From: a virus
Lineage: Duplodnaviria > Caudoviricetes
IMG/VR virus record: IMGVR_UViG_3300037424_000224
Location: 1-64,000 of that record
Length of the DNA stretch: 64,000 nucleotides
Strand: one strand, 5' to 3'
A program made the position numbers and the translations under genes. This document shows, piece after piece, positions 59,165-64,000 of this stretch (within the stretch, counting starts at the first letter, position 1; each line of letters starts with the position of its first letter). The notes below the pieces were generated by a model. That model searched no databases and was not told the origin of the DNA. It was given only the letters and a program-made list of their open reading frames with translations.

Positions 59165-60057
59165 TGGCTAATTCAAAAGTTTCAGCACTAACGGCGGCGA
59201 CTGTGATCAACGATACTGATTTGTTCTACCTCAGTCAGGGAGGCGCAGACCGCAAGGTACCCGCTTCGCTTCTCAATGGGTTGGGGCGCTACGCAAACGT
59301 CGTTGTCGTTGACAGCGGCGGGGCGGGGGATTACACCACGCTGGCGGCGGCGCTGGCGGCGATCACGGATGCCAGTGCGACTAATCGATATGGCATCATC
59401 GTCATGCCAGGAGTCTACAATGTATCCGCCGCTTTTGACATCTGCAAGGAAGGGGTCGATATATGTGCGCTTATACCAGGGACAGTTGTCCTTACCGGTA
59501 GTGTGTCGATTAGACTTGGCTATAGCACAGGTTCAGTGTCGAGGTCTTTGATCTCTGGGATCAAATTTATTAACGTTGGGAATAACACCAGCTGGGCTAT
59601 CTCGTGTAGCGCAAACAATTCATTTAATGCAAAACTTCACCTGTGTGAGTTCAGAAAATCAATTGGAAGTGGCGGCCCGGTTGATGTTGGTGGTGATGCA
59701 GCAAGCCTACTTGAATTTAACGGTTGTGTGATGGCGCACGACGAGGTAACTGATGCTGCCGCTCGTTTTGCAGTCCGAGTTGGACTTGCAACAGACGTGA
59801 TGGCACGGATCATTGATTGTGATCTCATTGCGGTATCGACACATGTAGATTCTGCGTGCCTATACGACAATCTGGGAGGAATTGAATTACCGTTGTCGGT
59901 ACTTCAGTCACGACTGAAGTGCTCTGCAAACATGGTGCGCAGTGCTGGAGACGTCTCCATTTTCGGAATTGCATTGTGCATGTTGCAAACAAGTACATTC
60001 GTGCAATTCACGAACAGGGTAGTCGCGCCAGGGAACGTTGTTGATGCGGGTTTTTAA
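59164..60057 (+). CDS. Tail fibre/receptor-binding protein, short isoform
   Basis: MANSKVSALTAAT..D.FY N-terminus; GDYTTLAAALAAI beta-helix cap. Confidence 0.7.
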   Translation: MANSKVSALTAATVINDTDLFYLSQGGADRKVPASLLNGLGRYANVVVVDSGGAGDYTTLAAALAAITDASATNRYGIIVMPGVYNVSAAFDICKEGVDICALIPGTVVLTGSVSIRLGYSTGSVSRSLISGIKFINVGNNTSWAISCSANNSFNAKLHLCEFRKSIGSGGPVDVGGDAASLLEFNGCVMAHDEVTDAAARFAVRVGLATDVMARIIDCDLIAVSTHVDSACLYDNLGGIELPLSVLQSRLKCSANMVRSAGDVSIFGIALCMLQTSTFVQFTNRVVAPGNVVDAGF

Positions 60058-61040
60058 CCGATGGCACGCCAAGTGCAACCGCGTATGCGTGGTCATCGGA
60101 TAGCGTATTGCGCGGACAGTTTGAAAGCGAAACGTCGCAAGACGCCAATTCCGATTTTGGCGCGTGGGTGATGCAGCCGGTGGGAGATGATCTGCTGATC
60201 GGGTTGAGCAACTTTCCAGCAGATACTAACGGTGCGCTGGTCACTCGGACAACAGACGGTAGTACCTTTACAATCGAGCGTGTGCTTGACGAGCAAGGCG
60301 TTCACGACATGCAGATGGTGGGCGATCGGCTCTTTGTCCCCGGAACTGACCCGACCGACGACTGGACGCTCGGAAATCTCTATGAGCGCAGCGCGTTGGG
60401 CATTTGGACAAAACGCCGCACCATGCCGAATGTGTTGCACTCATTTGGCTTGTGGCATGACGGGACGAATTTGTTTGTGGCAACCGGTGCGCACACCGGA
60501 GACAATGCAACGTGGCGCGGTAAGGTGCTGAGTTCGGTTGACGATGGTGCGACGTGGGCTGCACAGGTGGATGTCAACAGTTATCGGATACTGGACGCGA
60601 TCGGACACGGCGCGAAACTCTACGCGATTGGCTATGACTGGACAGGCACGCAGTACACGCAGGATTTGCATGTGAGCGCCGACGGCGGTGCGACGTGGAG
60701 CAAAGTGGCAGGCGTCACGCCGGTCAAGCGACCGAGGATGATCGCGCTCGGCACATCACTGCTGGTAGCAGGAAGCAGCACGCTCTATCAGATCGACGCC
60801 AGTCACGCAGTCACGACGCATAGTCTCCCGTTCACGGTTCCAGACCTATACAACGTCATGGTAACGGATGGGTCAAGTGTCTATGTGATTGATTCAAGCG
60901 GTTACGTGTGGCGCTCTTCTGATCTAAGCAACTGGACACGCTACACCTATGTCGCCAACGCGATTTCGCTGTGCTGGTGGGCCGGGGTGGGGTTGATGAT
61001 CGCGGACGCGGGGCTGAATGCACGAATCTGGAAGGCGTAA
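60054..61040 (+). CDS. Beta-propeller (BNR) domain, probably fused to the upstream RBP by a -1 frameshift at G GGT TTT
   Basis: SVDDGATW and SADGGATW repeats; frame open from 60045 with no good start or RBS. Confidence 0.65.
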   Translation, partial: LTDGTPSATAYAWSSDSVLRGQFESETSQDANSDFGAWVMQPVGDDLLIGLSNFPADTNGALVTRTTDGSTFTIERVLDEQGVHDMQMVGDRLFVPGTDPTDDWTLGNLYERSALGIWTKRRTMPNVLHSFGLWHDGTNLFVATGAHTGDNATWRGKVLSSVDDGATWAAQVDVNSYRILDAIGHGAKLYAIGYDWTGTQYTQDLHVSADGGATWSKVAGVTPVKRPRMIALGTSLLVAGSSTLYQIDASHAVTTHSLPFTVPDLYNVMVTDGSSVYVIDSSGYVWRSSDLSNWTRYTYVANAISLCWWAGVGLMIADAGLNARIWKA

Positions 61041-61133
61041 GGCCAGCTAATGGCGTTTAGGCGCACTAAATGGGCAGTTCAAGTAATGGTTCTTACCGAA
61101 TCAGGATTGTTCCAGAGGTGGTGGTCTGATTAA

Positions 61134-61550
61134 ATGAAAATAAAAACCCAACCTAATAATTATAGTTGCGGTATTTATAGTATAATAAACTCCCTGATAG
61201 TCTTTGGTGATAGTAAAACTCCAGAAGAAGTCGGGGAGTTTACTTCTACCACTAAAGAAGGAACAGATACACCGGGAATTTATAATGCTCTAGATAATTT
61301 AGGTTACAAGTATAAAGTCTATAAAACAAGAAATAAAAATAATGCTTGGAGATTGGTCTTAACTAACTCCATAAACTATCCCCTAATACTCTATTTAGAT
61401 AAAGATCATTGGGCAGTTATCACAGGAAGAATAAAAAACAAAGTAATTCTAATAGATAGCTTCGATACAGCTCATATAGACAATAAACAAGAATTATTAG
61501 CAAGATGGAGTAACTTTGGTAACTTCTTAGGGATTAAGGTAAGCTTTTAA
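61134..61550 (+). CDS. C39-like cysteine peptidase
   Basis: QPNNYSCG (Cys), HWAVI (His), IDS (Asp). Confidence 0.75.
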   Translation: MKIKTQPNNYSCGIYSIINSLIVFGDSKTPEEVGEFTSTTKEGTDTPGIYNALDNLGYKYKVYKTRNKNNAWRLVLTNSINYPLILYLDKDHWAVITGRIKNKVILIDSFDTAHIDNKQELLARWSNFGNFLGIKVSF

Positions 61551-61554
61551 ATGA

Positions 61555-61860
61555 TTTTGTACTGAAACTATAAGTTTTGAAAAGTACAACTTATAGTATT
61601 AATACAAACAATAGGTTTCTGAAAACTTAATTTATAATGGTTTACTAGAACTATAGCTTTTCAGAAGTTTAATTTATAATATTTTGTACTAAGTATAAAT
61701 ACGTTATAGGAACTATCAGTTTTTGAAACTAGATTTTATAGTGGTCTAGCACTACCTGGCCGCCCCGCGCCCCTAAGCAGTGAATTTTTTCACGATGGGG
61801 GGGGGGTCTATACTAATCCCATATAGTCTAGTACATTAGTAGTATTTTGTACTAATAAAA
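61555..61860. repeat. Non-coding tract with degenerate direct repeats, TTTTGTAC motifs and a G10 run
   Basis: About four ACTAT-AGTTT-TGAAA-like units; TTTTGTAC at 61555, 61682 and 61845; G10 at 61797-61806. Confidence 0.6.
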
Positions 61861-61887
61861 AAGCCCTGAATTATATCAGGGCTTTTT
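61857..61887. terminator. Bidirectional intrinsic terminator between convergent arms
   Basis: AAAAAAGCCCTGA-attata-TCAGGGCTTTTT. Confidence 0.85.
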
Positions 61888-61916
61888 GTTTGTTCTATTC
61901 AATTGTAGGGTTTGTT

Positions 61917-62189
61917 CTAGCCCAACCACTTTTTACCTGCAACCCGGTTACCATCTTCTCGCTTGATAGTGGTAACCTTGGGCTTGCGAGTGTATTGGTA
62001 CCGCCCGTAGGCTAGTATCAATACTAAGGCGATGGTTAACACAATGCCGATCACGGTGGTATCGCCGCCAGTGCCGTTTTTGAGGGCATTGTACACACAG
62101 CCCGTTATCTGGGTTGTGCACGGGTTGGTATTCAAGACAGCCATTACGAATAGGGCTAACAGGGCTACGATCACGATCACGAGTACCAT
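61917..62189 (-). CDS. Two-TM membrane protein (probable early gene)
   Basis: Hydrophobic segments; AAGGA RBS; GC about 50%. Confidence 0.7.
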   Translation of the reverse strand: MVLVIVIVALLALFVMAVLNTNPCTTQITGCVYNALKNGTGGDTTVIGIVLTIALVLILAYGRYQYTRKPKVTTIKREDGNRVAGKKWLG

Positions 62190-62222
62190 TTTTGTTTTTC
62201 CTTTGTCTCAGTTGAGAATAGT

Positions 62223-62244
62223 GGGGGCGAATGTCCTCGCCCCC
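62223..62244. terminator. GC-rich hairpin between the two early genes
   Basis: GGGGGCGA/TCGCCCCC; T-rich flank on the plus strand. Confidence 0.55.
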
Positions 62245-62264
62245 TTGTTTTGTTGTCGATTGTA

Positions 62265-62693
62265 CTACTTGACGGTAATCTCGCGCTTAGCCGTTTTGGC
62301 GTTACCCGTCGTGCGAGCGGCTTTAGTGGGGACTTCCATTTTGTCGAAGTGGTAGACTTTGTTCACGGTCAGCGTCAAGGCATCGATCAATAACATAGTA
62401 GCTTTGTCGTCTGTGAAGTCTGAAGCTTTCGCACCACGAGCGATCATTGCCACCATTGCCCATTGCTTGACACTGAAAAGCTTGTCGGCAGATTCGATCT
62501 GGTACACTGCCTTCAAGGTCTTATTGCCCAAAGTGGCAAAGAGCTTGCCCATATCTTCGGCCTTGTCGGTGTCAAGCCCGTTAATCTTGGCGTGTTGAAA
62601 AATCCACGCGGTACTGAAGCTCTTGCCAAAGAGACCACCAAGAATCATCAAAACATCTTTCAACGCATCCAATAGACTGTACTTAGCTGCCAT
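62265..62693 (-). CDS. Hypothetical protein with a Lys/Ala/Thr-rich tail (probable early gene)
   Basis: GGGGA RBS; host-like GC. Confidence 0.7.
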   Translation of the reverse strand: MAAKYSLLDALKDVLMILGGLFGKSFSTAWIFQHAKINGLDTDKAEDMGKLFATLGNKTLKAVYQIESADKLFSVKQWAMVAMIARGAKASDFTDDKATMLLIDALTLTVNKVYHFDKMEVPTKAARTTGNAKTAKREITVK

Positions 62694-63209
62694 GTTATCA
62701 TCCCCTATTCTGTAATTGCTTACACCCTAACCCTAAGTCATAGCGGTCAATGGGTGACATAATTCTCACTTCTCAATTCATTGTATACGACAAGTCGATT
62801 TAGACTTTTATGTTTATTATCACGTTTCGTTAGTCCGTGTTATAATTTGTTCTCATTTTTTGCTGTTGCCCCAAAGCGCTGTATCGACTGTCTAGCGACT
62901 AATATGTGCTTTTGCTTTGATGAGAGCTTAACGAATTTTTTTTGTCTCGTGTGTTTTGTCCTCCGTGTTTCTTCCTGTCTATGGCACAAGTATATAGCTA
63001 GAACGCTGTGGAGCATATAGTACCCTAGTCCTAATTTAGATTAGAGACAGATGAGTGAGAACCAGTACATAATAACCAGCGAGTAAGATCTAAGTATATT
63101 TGTTCTACTAAGTATACTAATTCAATAGAAGATAGTAAGTACACATACTAAGTAATTACAGACTACTTTCAGCGTCTACTTATCTTAGTATCTAAGTAAA
63201 GAGTAGATA

Positions 63210-63980
63210 CTAAGATATTGTACTAACTTTTCCCGACAAGGCAGGTTGGAACTAACTGTTTTCTGGTACTATCCGTATATAAGCACTAACTAAATATGGG
63301 AACTCAATTATTTTGTACCATAGAACAGAACTAAGGTGGATACTGAAAATAGATGAACACGGTACAAAATGTTGCTCATTTTAACTAGAGCAGGGTACGT
63401 ATAGATGCACGAAATAGTACAAAATCGGTTGGAACTAACTTTTATGACGCACTAACTCTATCTGGTAGGGGGTCAAATGTTATTATTTCCTATTAAATTT
63501 GAATATGTACTAACTAATTCTATGACGCACTTAGTAGGTTATTGCCCATAGTTTACACGGTACCGTGTAAGAACTGGCACGACAAGGCGGTTCGAACTAA
63601 CTTTTATCCTGAACAAACTCAAGATAGATACTCACTTATTACCGGTACCATGTTTTTGTACATTTGTTTTTACGGTGTGAACTAACTAAGTGTAAAAATA
63701 CACTTTCATACGTAAAAACCAGCAGATTTGGTGTGTACAAAATAGTTCATATAGATGGTTGTCTATATGAGTTTTGGCCGCGTGGTAGGTACCTGCTATC
63801 TAGGCTCTTTTATTATTGGTGTCTACTATGTCTAGTCCTTTTTTTCATTGTTGTCTACTATGCTTTTAGTTTGTACTTAATGCCTAGTGTATATTTGGAT
63901 TGCATGGTCTAGTGCTTATAACACATTCTATCTCTATACTGCTGTATCTTATGCTTAGATTTTATACTATTTTGTACTCT
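63210..63980. repeat. Iteron-like repeat field
   Basis: GAACTAACT exact at 63249, 63432, 63594 and 63679, plus four more ACTAACT; TTTTGTAC in both orientations, six times. Confidence 0.75.
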
Positions 63981-64000
63981 ATATCCCAAATATATCCCAA

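Noticed and set aside
59276-60671. Many overlapping alternative-frame ORFs in the GC-rich island
   Set aside because: Expected by chance at high GC; no motifs or RBS
46505-61040. Diversity-generating retroelement or invertible tail-fibre switch
   Set aside because: No reverse transcriptase, invertase or TR/VR repeat pair seen in the window
62723-62734. CCCTAACCCTAA telomere-like hexamer pair
   Set aside because: Only two copies; compatible with chance
63664-63912. 82-aa hydrophobic ORF near the right end
   Set aside because: TTG start inside the repeat field, low-complexity T-rich sequence, no RBS; probably spurious
1-64000. Stop-codon reassignment (TAG or TGA recoding)
   Set aside because: Long genes are intact under the standard code, genes end in TAG, TGA and TAA, and no suppressor tRNA was found; Leu-TAG is an anticodon reading CTA
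61550-64000. CRISPR array in the repeat-rich end
   Set aside because: The repeats are short, degenerate, irregularly spaced and in mixed orientation; there are no constant repeat-spacer units

Overview
AT-rich segment (roughly 33-36% GC by eye) of a large tailed dsDNA phage. It is probably a siphovirus: 1661-aa tape measure, no sheath or baseplate-J gene. The host is uncertain; the lysin architecture hints at Chloroflexota (inference). From 1 to 19.3 kb a leftward replication/nucleic-acid arm carries a primase start, amidoligase, RNA ligase, intein-bearing RlaP-type nucleotidyltransferase, truncated CCA enzyme, DEDD exonuclease, resolvase, DnaB, dNMP kinase, SSB, RecA, PolA, a methyltransferase and RNase H. 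A divergent control region at 19.3-20.0 kb has four perfect sigma70 promoters and tRNAs. The rightward arm (20-61.5 kb) holds ThyX, two more methyltransferases, a glycosyltransferase cluster, and packaging, head, tail and lysis genes. It ends in a GC-rich receptor-binding insert, two leftward GC-rich early genes and a repeat-rich non-coding tract. Mobile elements: two group I introns (major capsid, tail tube), one intein and three free-standing HNH genes. The best find is the capsid intron: its L1 loop holds a synonymously recoded, in-frame copy of exon 2, so spliced and unspliced mRNA should each give a complete 309-aa capsid protein. Also notable are a probable programmed -1 frameshift making two receptor-binding protein isoforms, and a probable virion-glycosylation cassette. 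All family assignments come from motif recognition; no database searches were run.
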